From positions 36,149 to 100,148 of the forward strand of contig JAKSPE010000005.1 of the NCBI GenBank assembly GCA_024405015.1: 64,000 nt of DNA, written 5' to 3'. Below the pieces are notes generated by a model. That model was not told the origin of the DNA. It ran no database searches and saw only the letters and a list, made by a program, of their open reading frames with translations. A program made the translations under genes and the position numbers. Below are positions 36,463-46,507 of the stretch, piece after piece. The first letter of the stretch is position 1, and each line of letters opens with the position of its first letter. The stretch is from Sphaerochaetaceae bacterium. GTDB lineage: Bacteria > Spirochaetota > Spirochaetia > Sphaerochaetales > Sphaerochaetaceae.

Positions 36463-38973
36463 ATGGAGCAGTACAATGTAAAAGGAATGAGCTGTGCCGC
36501 CTGCCAGGCTAGGGTCGAGAAGGCTGTTTCCAAGGTGCCGGGCGTCACATCCTGCTCGGTGAGCCTATTGACCAATTCCATGGGTGTGGAAGGCACTGCA
36601 ACAGAGGCCTCCATCATCAAGGCTGTGCGCGATGCAGGCTATGATGCCAGCAAAAAAGGTGGTGAGACAAGCAGTGCTTCTTCAGTAAGTTCGGAGGAAC
36701 TTGCCGACCACGAGACCGGAAAGCTCAAGATGCGCCTTGGCATTTCCGTGATCTTCCTGATTGTCCTCATGTATTTCTCCATGGGCCACATGATGTGGGG
36801 ATGGCCGATTCCTTCCTGGTTTGAAGGTAACCACGTGGCAATGGGCCTTGTGCAGCTACTGCTTTCTGCCATCATCATGGTCATCAACCAGAAGTTCTTC
36901 ATCAGCGGATTCAAGAGCCTGTTCAAGGGCTCTCCGAACATGGATACCCTTGTTGCGTTGGGCTCCAGTGCCAGTTTTCTGTGGAGTGTCTATATTCTGT
37001 TTGCCATGACAGGCGCACAGACAAGAGGTGATATGGAATCGGTCATGGTCTACATGGACCAGTTCTACTTCGAGTCTGCCGCCATGATTCTGACATTGAT
37101 TACTGTAGGAAAAATGCTGGAATCCCGCTCCAAGGGTAAGACCACTGATGCTCTGAAAAGCCTCATGGATCTTGCGCCAAAGACGGCAACGCTTCTGAAG
37201 GATGGCCAGGAGGTTGAGGTTCCGATCCATATGGTGAAAAAGGGTGATGTCTTTGTGGTGCGCCCTGGCGACAGCATTCCTGTGGACGCCATAGTACTGG
37301 AGGGTGTCAGCGCCGTCAACGAATCGGCTCTCACCGGTGAAAGCATTCCTGTAGACAAGACTGTGGGCGATAGCGTATCGGCTGCTACCATCAACCAAAG
37401 CGGTTATCTCAAGTGCGAAGCCACTCGTGTCGGTGAGGATACGACCCTGTCACAGATCATCAGAATGGTCAGTGATGCTGCTGCCACCAAGGCCCCGATT
37501 GCAAAGATCGCCGACAAGGTCTCCGGCGTCTTTGTTCCGACGGTCATCTCCATCGCCGTTGTGACAACCTTGGTTTGGCTTGTCATCGGTAAGCCGTTTG
37601 GCTACGCCCTTGCACGTGGAATCTCCGTTCTGGTCATCAGCTGTCCTTGTGCTTTGGGTCTTGCAACGCCAGTTGCTATCATGGTGGGTAGCGGTGTGGG
37701 TGCCAAGAACGGGGTGCTTTTCAAGACAGCTGCTTCCCTGGAGGAAACGGGAAGAATCCAGATTGTCGCACTAGATAAGACGGGGACCATCACAAGTGGA
37801 AACCCAGAGGTGACCGATGTGATCCCTTGCGATGGTGTAGACAGCATTGTGCTTTTAGGTCTTGCAGGTTCTGTGGAAAGCCGAAGTGAACATCCGCTTG
37901 CTAAGGCCATTGTCAAAAAGGCACAGGAAGATGGTGCTTCTCTCACTGATGTGGAGACTTTCAAAGCCCATGTCGGTAGCGGTGTGTCCGCAGTCGTTGA
38001 CGGTAAGCTTGTGAAGGCAGGAAGCCTTTCCTATATGGAAAAGCAGGTTTCCATTCCCCAGAGCATGAAGGACAAGGCCAATGCATTGTCCCTTCAGGGT
38101 AAGACTCCGATTCTGTTCTCCTGTGACGATGTTCTTGTCGGTATGGTCGGTGTTGCCGACACCATAAAGGCAGACAGCCCGCAGGCGGTGAAGCAGCTTC
38201 AGGGAATGGGCATCCGCGTCATTATGCTTACCGGAGACAACGAGAAGACCGCAAAGGCAATCGGATTGCAATCTGGTGTGGATGAGGTCATAGCCGGTGT
38301 GCTTCCGGATGGAAAGGAGGCGGTGATCCGAAAACTCATGATGCAGGGAAAGGTCGCTATGGTCGGCGATGGCATCAACGATGCTCCTGCTCTGACAAGA
38401 GCCGATATCGGAATTGCTATTGGAGCTGGCTCGGATGTGGCCCTGGATGCGGCAGATGTTGTTCTGATGAAAAGCAGCCTTTTGGATGTGCCTGCTGCGA
38501 TTCGCCTAAGCCGATCTACGCTTCGAAACATCCATCAGAACCTTTTCTGGGCCTTCTTCTATAACACCATAGGAATCCCATTGGCTGCAGGATGCTTTGT
38601 GGCTCTGGGTCTGACGCTGAACCCGATGTTCGGCGCGGCGGCAATGAGCCTGTCCAGCTTCTGTGTCGTTTCCAATGCATTGAGATTGAACCTCTGCAGA
38701 ATCCACGATTCGGGCAGAGACAGAAAGATAAAGCAAAACAAAGGAAAGGAGAATGATATGCCAACCGTACGTAACATGGAAATCAGCGGAATGATGTGCC
38801 CACACTGCGAGGCCAGAGTCAAGAAGACACTTGAGGGAATCGAGGGTGTTGTGAGTGCAGAAGTCAGTCACGAGAAGGGAAGTGCAGTTGTCACTCTTGG
38901 TGCAGCTGTCTCTGATGAGACCCTCTCAAAGGCTGTCACCGATGCAGGATATGATGTCATTTCTGTCAAATAG
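36463..38973 (+). CDS. copA: copper-translocating P1B-type ATPase with N-terminal and C-terminal HMA domains
   Basis: N-terminal GMSCAAC, the CPC TM6 motif (SCPCALGLATP), DKTGT, GDGIND and a C-terminal GMMCPHC HMA domain. The start could be GTG 36457 or ATG 36463. Confidence 0.9.
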   Translation: MEQYNVKGMSCAACQARVEKAVSKVPGVTSCSVSLLTNSMGVEGTATEASIIKAVRDAGYDASKKGGETSSASSVSSEELADHETGKLKMRLGISVIFLIVLMYFSMGHMMWGWPIPSWFEGNHVAMGLVQLLLSAIIMVINQKFFISGFKSLFKGSPNMDTLVALGSSASFLWSVYILFAMTGAQTRGDMESVMVYMDQFYFESAAMILTLITVGKMLESRSKGKTTDALKSLMDLAPKTATLLKDGQEVEVPIHMVKKGDVFVVRPGDSIPVDAIVLEGVSAVNESALTGESIPVDKTVGDSVSAATINQSGYLKCEATRVGEDTTLSQIIRMVSDAAATKAPIAKIADKVSGVFVPTVISIAVVTTLVWLVIGKPFGYALARGISVLVISCPCALGLATPVAIMVGSGVGAKNGVLFKTAASLEETGRIQIVALDKTGTITSGNPEVTDVIPCDGVDSIVLLGLAGSVESRSEHPLAKAIVKKAQEDGASLTDVETFKAHVGSGVSAVVDGKLVKAGSLSYMEKQVSIPQSMKDKANALSLQGKTPILFSCDDVLVGMVGVADTIKADSPQAVKQLQGMGIRVIMLTGDNEKTAKAIGLQSGVDEVIAGVLPDGKEAVIRKLMMQGKVAMVGDGINDAPALTRADIGIAIGAGSDVALDAADVVLMKSSLLDVPAAIRLSRSTLRNIHQNLFWAFFYNTIGIPLAAGCFVALGLTLNPMFGAAAMSLSSFCVVSNALRLNLCRIHDSGRDRKIKQNKGKENDMPTVRNMEISGMMCPHCEARVKKTLEGIEGVVSAEVSHEKGSAVVTLGAAVSDETLSKAVTDAGYDVISVK

Positions 38974-39002
38974 TTAGAAATCATCATTCGGTTTTGAATA
39001 GA

Positions 39003-39060
39003 CGCTTGGTCAATGGATTCACTTTGGTTAGTAATGACTATTGCCAAGCGCTTTTTTTTA
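39003..39060 (+). terminator. rho-independent terminator after copA
   Basis: CGCTTGG ... CCAAGCG stem followed by a T run of 8. Confidence 0.7.
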
Positions 39061-39120
39061 TAGTATCTTATTTTTGACAAAATTAAGATTACTGTCAAAA
39101 AAGAGCAAAGGGGACATCCG

Positions 39121-40797
39121 ATGATCACGATCAAAGAATACACTGTTACTTCCATTCTTGACGAATCTGCCGTTCGATTCGCGAATCTTCAGGCAGTTGC
39201 CACATGGAGAGAAAAGGGAAGTGAGATGACATATGCCACTTTGAAGGCAAGGTCTCAAAGTGTAGCCCGCTATCTTGTCTCCATCGGTATCGAGAAAGAT
39301 GACAAGGTTGCCATTCTTGGCGAAAGCAGCCACAACTGGGCTCTTTCCTATTTCTCCATCAACCGTGCAGGTGCCATCGCTGTTCCTATTTTGCCGAATT
39401 TCAGCAAGCACGAGGTGAAGGATATTCTGACCCATAGCGACTCAAAGGTCGTCATCGTCAATGCCAAGCATGCAGATAAGGTCATGGACCTGGGTCTTGA
39501 TGTGATTCGCATGGAGGACATGTTCCACATTCACAAGGACTCTTTGAGCCTGTATGACGGTAAGAACTTCAAGGACCTCAGTGGATATGACACAAAGGGC
39601 ACGATTCTCTCTGAGAACGACAAGAAGGTTCTAGCATCCAGAAGACCAAAGGAAGAGGACCTGGCATCCATCATCTACACAAGCGGAACAACAGGAACAC
39701 CAAAGGGTGTCATGCTCACCAACAAGAACATCTGTTTCAATGCCTATGAATGCTCGTTCCCATTCATCAAGATCCACAGTGGTTGGCGTGCACTTTCCAT
39801 TTTGCCAATGAGCCATGTCTATGAATTCACAATTGGACTGATTCTGCTGATTCTCAACGGAATCCAGATCACATATCTTGGCAAGGCCCCAAGCACAGAC
39901 TCCCTTTTGCCTGCTATGAAAGAGGTCCAGCCTGAGGTCATGCTCTCCGTTCCTCTTCTGATTGAGAAGATCTATCGTCGTGCTCTTCTGCCAAAGTTCA
40001 AGGAGGGCACAAAACTGGGCAAGTTTGCCAAGAACAGACTAACCGCTCCGATTGTCTACAAAATCATCGGAAAGAAGGTCAAGACCATCTTCGGAGGAAG
40101 ACTCAAGTTCTTCGGAGTCGGTGGAGCTGCCTTTGACAGTGAGGCAGAGGCCTTCTTCCACAGAATCAAGTTCCCATATGCTTTGGGATATGGTCTTACA
40201 GAGACCTCTCCACTGATTGCAGGTTGCGGACCTAAGGATCAGGTTCCTTGCACCATTGGACATGTCCTTGACAGCCTTTCCGTCAAACTCGACCCTGAAA
40301 CACGCGAAATCATGGTCAAGGGTCCTTCCGTCATGAGAGGCTACTACAAGAACCAGGCATTGACAGAAGAAGTCTTCACAGAAGACGGCTATTTCCGAAC
40401 CGGAGACATCGGTGAGTTCTCAAAAGACGGACGTCTTGCCCTCAAGGGTCGAATCAAGACCATGATCTTGGGCCCTGCTGGTGAGAACATCTTCCCGGAG
40501 AGCATCGAGTTTCTCATCAATGCCGAAGAGGATGTCGTGGAAAGCCTTGTCATTGCCGATGAGCACGGTCAGCTTCTGGCAATGATCCGCTTGGACATCC
40601 GCGCCCTCAAGAGAAAGGGTATCGTTGCTGTCGGAGAGATTGAGAACTACCTTTCCCAGATCAAGGATCGTGTCAACGAGAAGCTTTCCTCCTTCAGCAA
40701 GATCCGAACCGTCGAGATCCAGAACGAACCGTTTGAGAGAACCCCTTCCGAGAAGATCAAGCGATTCCTTTATCAGAGAAAGAAGACAAACAAATAA
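39121..40797 (+). CDS. AMP-binding long-chain fatty acid--CoA ligase
   Basis: IIYTSGTTGTPKGVML AMP-binding motif, GYGLTETS, and TGD.G......L.GR.K. Confidence 0.85.
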   Translation: MITIKEYTVTSILDESAVRFANLQAVATWREKGSEMTYATLKARSQSVARYLVSIGIEKDDKVAILGESSHNWALSYFSINRAGAIAVPILPNFSKHEVKDILTHSDSKVVIVNAKHADKVMDLGLDVIRMEDMFHIHKDSLSLYDGKNFKDLSGYDTKGTILSENDKKVLASRRPKEEDLASIIYTSGTTGTPKGVMLTNKNICFNAYECSFPFIKIHSGWRALSILPMSHVYEFTIGLILLILNGIQITYLGKAPSTDSLLPAMKEVQPEVMLSVPLLIEKIYRRALLPKFKEGTKLGKFAKNRLTAPIVYKIIGKKVKTIFGGRLKFFGVGGAAFDSEAEAFFHRIKFPYALGYGLTETSPLIAGCGPKDQVPCTIGHVLDSLSVKLDPETREIMVKGPSVMRGYYKNQALTEEVFTEDGYFRTGDIGEFSKDGRLALKGRIKTMILGPAGENIFPESIEFLINAEEDVVESLVIADEHGQLLAMIRLDIRALKRKGIVAVGEIENYLSQIKDRVNEKLSSFSKIRTVEIQNEPFERTPSEKIKRFLYQRKKTNK

Positions 40798-40916
40798 GTG
40801 ACATATGGGCAACAGAAAGGGCCATCTGTGAGCAAACCTCGCGGGTGGTCTTTTCATCTCTTGCCCTTTTGCCTGCGTGATTGTATGTTTAAGAGGGCAT
40901 AGCCAAGGAGAGAAGT

Positions 40917-41339
40917 ATGAACATTGTCGTCATCGATGGACAGGGTGGAAGAATCGGAAAGGCAATCATTGAGCAGATCAGAGCATGTTCCATCAACTGT
41001 GAAATCACCGCAATCGGTACGAACTCCCTTGCCACCTCAGCAATGCTCAAGGCTGGAGCTGACAACGGTGCAACCGGTGAGAACCCAGTTGTCATCGCCT
41101 GCAGAAAGGCCGACTACATTGTAGGCCCTATCGGAATCGTCATCGCAGACTCCATGCTTGGTGAAATCACACCGAAGATGGCAGAATCTGTAGGACAGAG
41201 CGATGCCCGCAAGATTCTCATTCCGGTGAACAAATGCATCTCTGTCGCTGGTGTGCAGGAGATGACCTTGAGCCAGTATGTCGCCAATGCCGTGCAGATG
41301 ATTGTTGACAAGAAGGCCTCAAACGGATTAACTGTCTAA
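40917..41339 (+). CDS. DUF3842 family protein
   Basis: MNIVVIDGQGGRIGK......GTN..AT..MLKAGA by-eye match to DUF3842. Confidence 0.65.
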   Translation: MNIVVIDGQGGRIGKAIIEQIRACSINCEITAIGTNSLATSAMLKAGADNGATGENPVVIACRKADYIVGPIGIVIADSMLGEITPKMAESVGQSDARKILIPVNKCISVAGVQEMTLSQYVANAVQMIVDKKASNGLTV

Positions 41340-41408
41340 CAACGGCGGTCATGAAGGCCCCATCCAAAACGAATTTCCGTAAAAACTGAACGTAGGCCAT
41401 GAAGGTCT

Positions 41409-42068
41409 GTGGAATCCCAGAAGGGAGGCCATGGAGAAAGTGTGTCCAAAGGTTCTGCCATCACAATAGACAATCTGACAGTCAAATACTCCAACAAGAC
41501 CGTTCTTGATCACTTTTCCCTTTCTGTGAAAAGCGGTGAGAATGTGATCATCGCAGGTCCGAACGGCTGTGGAAAGACCACTTTGCTCAAGGCCCTTATG
41601 GGGATGGTCCGACCAGATGGTGGTACCATTGAAATCACAGACCGACGCAAAGGCAGCATCGCCTACTGCGGGCAGGAGAAGGCCAGTTCAGACTTTCCGA
41701 TCTCCGTCAGAGAGGTTCTGAAACTCGGAATCCCTGCCTCATGTAGTGCAGAGCAGGCCAAGCACAGAATCCAAGAGGCTCTTGGCATGACCCATTGCTC
41801 CAGCCTTGAGAACCGCAATTTCTTCTCACTTTCCGGTGGAGAGAAGCAGAGGGTGTCCATTGCCCGCTGCCTATGCCAGGACCCAAGTCTGATTCTGCTG
41901 GATGAACCTTCCACCTACCTGGATGCCAACGGAAAGGATGAGCTTTTTGCCATTTTGGACCGCCTTGCCAAATCACCGCTTACCATTCTCATGGTCACCC
42001 ATGAGGCCGAGCTTTTTGAGCATTTTGCAACTTGGAACCGGGTTCAGCTTCCGAAGGTGGGTGCCTGA
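41409..42068 (+). CDS. metal (Zn/Mn-type) ABC transporter ATP-binding protein
   Basis: GPNGCGKTTL, LSGGEKQRV and LLDEP motifs. The start is uncertain: GTG 41409, or GTG 41442 after GGGAGG. Confidence 0.8.
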   Translation: MESQKGGHGESVSKGSAITIDNLTVKYSNKTVLDHFSLSVKSGENVIIAGPNGCGKTTLLKALMGMVRPDGGTIEITDRRKGSIAYCGQEKASSDFPISVREVLKLGIPASCSAEQAKHRIQEALGMTHCSSLENRNFFSLSGGEKQRVSIARCLCQDPSLILLDEPSTYLDANGKDELFAILDRLAKSPLTILMVTHEAELFEHFATWNRVQLPKVGA

Positions 42069-42886
42069 TGCAGAGACTTCTTTTCCTGTTTTCCCTCAAA
42101 CCGATTATCTATGGCCTTATCGGCATGCTGATTGCCGGTGCCTCCTTTCCGCTTGCTGGTGTCATCATTTTGAGAAATGGTCTGATTCCACTTCGCTACA
42201 TGCTTATGCACGGGGTGATTCTTGGTGGAACGCTTTCCATTGCATTCCATTTGCCTATGGTGCCGGTGGTGGCTGCTTTGAACATCCTTTTGGTGTTGGT
42301 TCTGATGGCAATGAAGGGTCGAACCAGCACTCTCTCGGTTGCAAGTACGGCTATGATGGTTCTGACGATGGGCCTGGCATCGATGCTGTCCCATGTCTTT
42401 GATGTTCCATCCAAGGATACCCTAGAGCTGCTTTGGGGAAGCCCGTTTGCTTTGAAAGTGTCGGACCTTTGGATGCTCTTTGGTGTATGTCTGATTCTTG
42501 TTTTGTACTGCATCATCTTTTTCCGACCGATGACCGCCATCTTCTTTGATACGGATGTCGCATCTTCCTTGGGTGTGAATGTGAAGCTGCATCATACGGT
42601 CATGGTTCTTGTCACAGCACTTGTCATAGCGCTTTCCATGAAGATCATGGGAGCTCTTCTGATGGATGCGCTTGTCATTCTTCCTGTGCTCAGTGTCTCC
42701 AGAAACAGCACCTCCATGAAGGGGGCTTTCCTCAAGAGCTCCATCTGTGGCCTTGTGCTGTCTCTTCTGGGCTATTTCTTCGCCGTTCTTTGGAATTTGC
42801 CGGTCAGTGGAACGCTTTCCATTTTGGCCGTTGCCTATTATCTGTTGTCTTTCCTGATTCAGAAGCTTAAGCGTCTGGGATCCTGA
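42068..42886 (+). CDS. metal ABC transporter permease (ZnuB/TroCD-like)
   Basis: Polytopic ABC-3 type membrane protein. Its start overlaps the ATPase stop (ATGA). Confidence 0.8.
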   Translation: MQRLLFLFSLKPIIYGLIGMLIAGASFPLAGVIILRNGLIPLRYMLMHGVILGGTLSIAFHLPMVPVVAALNILLVLVLMAMKGRTSTLSVASTAMMVLTMGLASMLSHVFDVPSKDTLELLWGSPFALKVSDLWMLFGVCLILVLYCIIFFRPMTAIFFDTDVASSLGVNVKLHHTVMVLVTALVIALSMKIMGALLMDALVILPVLSVSRNSTSMKGAFLKSSICGLVLSLLGYFFAVLWNLPVSGTLSILAVAYYLLSFLIQKLKRLGS

Positions 42887-42901
42887 AGACTTGGGGGTTC
42901 T

Positions 42902-43681
42902 ATGAAAAAAGCAGTTGCTTTTATCGCAAGCCTTGTTCTTGCATGTGTCGTGTGCACAGGCCTTTTCGCCAGTGCAGTCTCTGAGGTTCCATCTTCACCA
43001 AAGTATGTGGCATCCACAAGCTGGGTCGCAGCAATCGCTGAACTTGCAGGTCTGGACGATGTCGTCACCATTGCTCCTGCAAACCTCAAGCATCCACCAG
43101 AGTACGAGATCACAGCCGATGATCTTGCCACCGTCATGAAGAGCGAGCTGTTTCTGTATGCAGGTTATGAGCGCATGATGGAAAGCATCAGGAGCGCAGC
43201 AGGTCTTGATGAGAATGCATCCATCAAGTGCAAGACCCAGAACAATCTCAATGTCCTTTCCGGCCTTGTCAAAACCATCAGCGAAAAGGCAGGAACCCAG
43301 GAAAAGGCTGCCCAGCGCTATGGAGCCTACGAGGCAATGATTGTTGAGGCCCGAGCAAAGGTCAAGCAGCTTGGCATCGACCAGATTCCGGCTTATGTGA
43401 ACACAAACCAGACTCCTTTGGCAGAGGACCTTGGACTGAACATCGTCGCCATCTTCGGAGCAGGGGACCTGACCTCTGACCAGATTGCTGATGCTGCCAA
43501 GAACCAGTATGCCCTGATCATCGATAACGTACACGCCATCGTGACAGAGCCTCTTAAGACCGTCTGCCCGGATTCCACCATCCTCATCTGGAGAAACTTC
43601 CCTGAGTACACAGGAAACAACGCTCTTTATACAGTTGTGGAAGAGAATCTGAAAATGCTTTTTGACGCTTTTGGCAAGTAA
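42902..43681 (+). CDS. metal ABC transporter substrate-binding protein (short ZnuA/TroA-like)
   Basis: Signal peptide and its position in the operon. It is only 259 aa, and I could not place the usual His ligands by eye. Confidence 0.6.
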   Translation: MKKAVAFIASLVLACVVCTGLFASAVSEVPSSPKYVASTSWVAAIAELAGLDDVVTIAPANLKHPPEYEITADDLATVMKSELFLYAGYERMMESIRSAAGLDENASIKCKTQNNLNVLSGLVKTISEKAGTQEKAAQRYGAYEAMIVEARAKVKQLGIDQIPAYVNTNQTPLAEDLGLNIVAIFGAGDLTSDQIADAAKNQYALIIDNVHAIVTEPLKTVCPDSTILIWRNFPEYTGNNALYTVVEENLKMLFDAFGK

Positions 43682-43711
43682 GACTTATAATGCTGGCCAT
43701 GGAGGCACTCT

Positions 43712-44581
43712 ATGTTGCATGAAATCGTTTCAGACCAAGGCCTTGTTGTGAATGTCGCAGAGCGCGGTGCAGAGCTCAATCGTATCTTTGATAGCCGCGA
43801 AGGTGTCGATTACCTTTGGGATGCAAACCCTGAAATCTGGGCAAGACATGCACCTGTGCTGTTCCCGTTTGTCGCAAGACTCTGGGAAGGCAAATACGAG
43901 TACAAAGGCATCCAGTACGAGATGACTGCCCATGGCTTTGCTCCAACTTCTGACTTCTGTGTTGACGCAAAGACAAGCGATAGCATAACGCTGTCCATCA
44001 GCGGTGTGCGCGACAACTGGCCGTTTGACACGAAATTCAGCGTTACCTACAAGGTGGTGGGAAAGACGCTTGATGTCACATACAAAGTCGACAATCGGGA
44101 TTCCAAGACCGTCTACTTCGCCATTGGAAGTCACCCAGGTTTCAATGTGCCGCTGGAGAAGGGGCTTTCCTTTGAGGACTACTACGCCTATTTTCCGGAG
44201 TCGGGAGATGTGAACAAAGTTATCTTCTCAGAGAGGGTGTTCGATTCCGGTGAGCGTGTGAAGGTTGAGCTGCCGGATCACAAGATTGCGCTTCGCCATG
44301 ACTTGTTTGACAACGATGCCATCGTCATGGACAACACCGGAAGCGTTGTGGTGATCAGAAGCGACAAGGGTAGGCATGGCGTCGAGGTTCGATACCCAAA
44401 CACCCATTGGTGCGCCCTGTGGCATAAGGTGAAGATGCAGGCTCCGTTTGTATGCGTCGAGCCTTGGTCCTCGCTTCCAGCAAGGGATGGACAGCTTGTC
44501 GATGTTGAGACAAAGGGTGACCTCATCGCTTTGGCACCTGGTGCATCCTATGAGCAGAAGCTGATCATCACCGTGTTCTGA
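43712..44581 (+). CDS. aldose 1-epimerase family protein
   Basis: LFP.V.R, the GSHPGF motif and EPW are typical of the YeaD/galM-like mutarotase fold. Confidence 0.8.
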   Translation: MLHEIVSDQGLVVNVAERGAELNRIFDSREGVDYLWDANPEIWARHAPVLFPFVARLWEGKYEYKGIQYEMTAHGFAPTSDFCVDAKTSDSITLSISGVRDNWPFDTKFSVTYKVVGKTLDVTYKVDNRDSKTVYFAIGSHPGFNVPLEKGLSFEDYYAYFPESGDVNKVIFSERVFDSGERVKVELPDHKIALRHDLFDNDAIVMDNTGSVVVIRSDKGRHGVEVRYPNTHWCALWHKVKMQAPFVCVEPWSSLPARDGQLVDVETKGDLIALAPGASYEQKLIITVF

Positions 44582-44602
44582 TATTGGATTTCTGATTTTT
44601 GC

Positions 44603-44637
44603 AAACCCGCTACAGCCTAGCAGAGGCGGGTTTTTTC
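44603..44637 (+). terminator. rho-independent terminator
   Basis: AACCCGC ... GCGGGTT stem followed by TTTTTT. Confidence 0.75.
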
Positions 44638-44654
44638 ATGTCCTTTAGGCATAC

Positions 44655-44830
44655 ATAGGAACCCGAAAAGGTGAAGGTTCTACGATTGGCATTCATTTTT
44701 CGTTGTATCGTAGTCTTTTACTACGATTGACCTTTATTCTTGGAAGAATCGTAGTCATCCAGACAAGAGACATCGATTCCAAATCCCATAAACAATGAAG
44801 GGACCATTGCAGATGCAACAGTCCCTGATA
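44655..44830 (+). repeat. intergenic repeat family B, copy 2, containing two tandem CTACGAT-N20-ATCGTAG units
   Basis: By eye it is homologous to 24165-24350. The 34-nt units lie at 44680-44713 and 44721-44754, with the hairpin GGGACCATTGCAGATGCAACAGTCCC at about 44800-44826. Confidence 0.65.
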
Positions 44831-44849
44831 AGCAACAGTTTGAAAGGAT

Positions 44850-46244
44850 TTACTTTACTGCAGCCTGATTGTCGAAATAGTCTTTGTTCATCTTGACGAC
44901 TTCGTTGGAGAGGAGAATCAGACCAATGAGGTTAGGGATGATCATAAGACCGTTGAATGTGTCGGCAAGATCCCAAGCGAAGCCGAGTGTTGTGACGGAA
45001 CCCACAAATACGAACACAACCCACAGTGCTTTGATGACGACTTTGCTCTTCGGTCCGAAAATGAACTCTGCTGCACGCTCAGCGTATGTGTAGTAGCTGA
45101 TGATGCAGGAGAAGCCGAAGAGGATGACACAACCCAGACATACGATTCCACCGACGCTTCCCAGTGTAGCCTGGAAGGAGTGCATGGTAAGGACCGCACC
45201 GTCCAGACCCTCTGTGTTGTTCCACAGACCGGAAAGGACGATTGCCAGAGCGGTGATGGTACAGATGACAACTGTATCAAGGAAAACCTCAACAGGTGCC
45301 CAGATGGCCTGCTCGATCGGATCGTCGACCTGAGCGCCGCAGTGGATCATGGCTGCTGTTCCGAGACCTGCTTCGTTGGAGTAGATACCTCTTGCGAAAC
45401 CGTAGCGGATTGCGATGAAGATGGATCCGATTGCACCACCTGTGACAGCTCTAGGTGCAAATGCTGATTTGAAGATCAGAGCGATTGCACTTGGAACGTG
45501 GGTTATGTTGATGAGGATGATGAGAATTCCGCAGATGATGTAGGCTCCACCCATGAATGGGGAGATGACTTCACAGACGTGACCGATTCTCTTGATTCCA
45601 CCGAAGATAACGATTGCTGTAAGCACTGCAAGAACGGCACCGACGATCATTGGGTTGATTCCAACCTTGTCAGCGATTGTTGATGAGATTGTGTTACTGT
45701 CAACGATAGGTGAAATGACGAATGCGAATGGGAGGACGAGAACGGAGAAGAGAACTCCGAGCCATCTTGCATGAAGACCTTCGGAAAGGTAATACATGGC
45801 ACCACCGGAGACGGTTCCGTCTTCGTGGACCTGTCTGTACTTCATACCAAGGGCGATCTCGGCGAACTTTGTTGCCATTCCGACACAAGCGGCGAGAATC
45901 ATCCAGATGAGAGCTCCAGGACCTCCAGCAATGAGGGCTGTTGCAACACCGGCAATGTTTCCGGAACCGACGATTGCCGATACGGAGACCATTGCGGCCT
46001 GGAAACTGGTCAGCTCACCAGGTGCGGTTACAGTGTCCTTCTTCTTGAAAGCTTTGATGACGGTGTTCTTCCAAAGATATCCAGGTCTACGGAACTGTAG
46101 AAATCCCAAGCGGATGGTAAAGAACACACCCGTTCCGAAAAGGAGTACCAGAACAGGTACACCCCAGACGATTCCATTGATGAAATCGTTAGCAGCGACA
46201 ATGGCATTGCCTATTGTCTGAAAAAAAGCAGAAAAGGAATCCAT
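44850..46244 (-). CDS. alanine/glycine:cation (sodium) symporter, AGCS family
   Basis: 464-aa polytopic protein with GE.TSFQA...S.....G.GNI.GVA.A...GGPGA..WM, the AGCS signature. Confidence 0.9.
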   Translation of the reverse strand: MDSFSAFFQTIGNAIVAANDFINGIVWGVPVLVLLFGTGVFFTIRLGFLQFRRPGYLWKNTVIKAFKKKDTVTAPGELTSFQAAMVSVSAIVGSGNIAGVATALIAGGPGALIWMILAACVGMATKFAEIALGMKYRQVHEDGTVSGGAMYYLSEGLHARWLGVLFSVLVLPFAFVISPIVDSNTISSTIADKVGINPMIVGAVLAVLTAIVIFGGIKRIGHVCEVISPFMGGAYIICGILIILINITHVPSAIALIFKSAFAPRAVTGGAIGSIFIAIRYGFARGIYSNEAGLGTAAMIHCGAQVDDPIEQAIWAPVEVFLDTVVICTITALAIVLSGLWNNTEGLDGAVLTMHSFQATLGSVGGIVCLGCVILFGFSCIISYYTYAERAAEFIFGPKSKVVIKALWVVFVFVGSVTTLGFAWDLADTFNGLMIIPNLIGLILLSNEVVKMNKDYFDNQAAVK

Positions 46245-46507
46245 GATGGGCTTCCCCCTTTGTAAAAAAATGAATTTGTTTTTTTTGTGGTGACCTTGTT
46301 ATAAGGTATTTGAGGGGTAGGGACAATAGTTTTTAGCCGGATTTTTGACACTATTTGAAGTTTAGTTTAAATGATGACGGTTTGTACTTGTGACGCTTTT
46401 TGCATGCCAAAGGGTGTATTGCGACAATAAGCATCCAAAGGTGCGTTTTAATATAATTTGATTCACATTATATATAAAAATACATGCGCTGAAATGGCGC
46501 CACTTCG

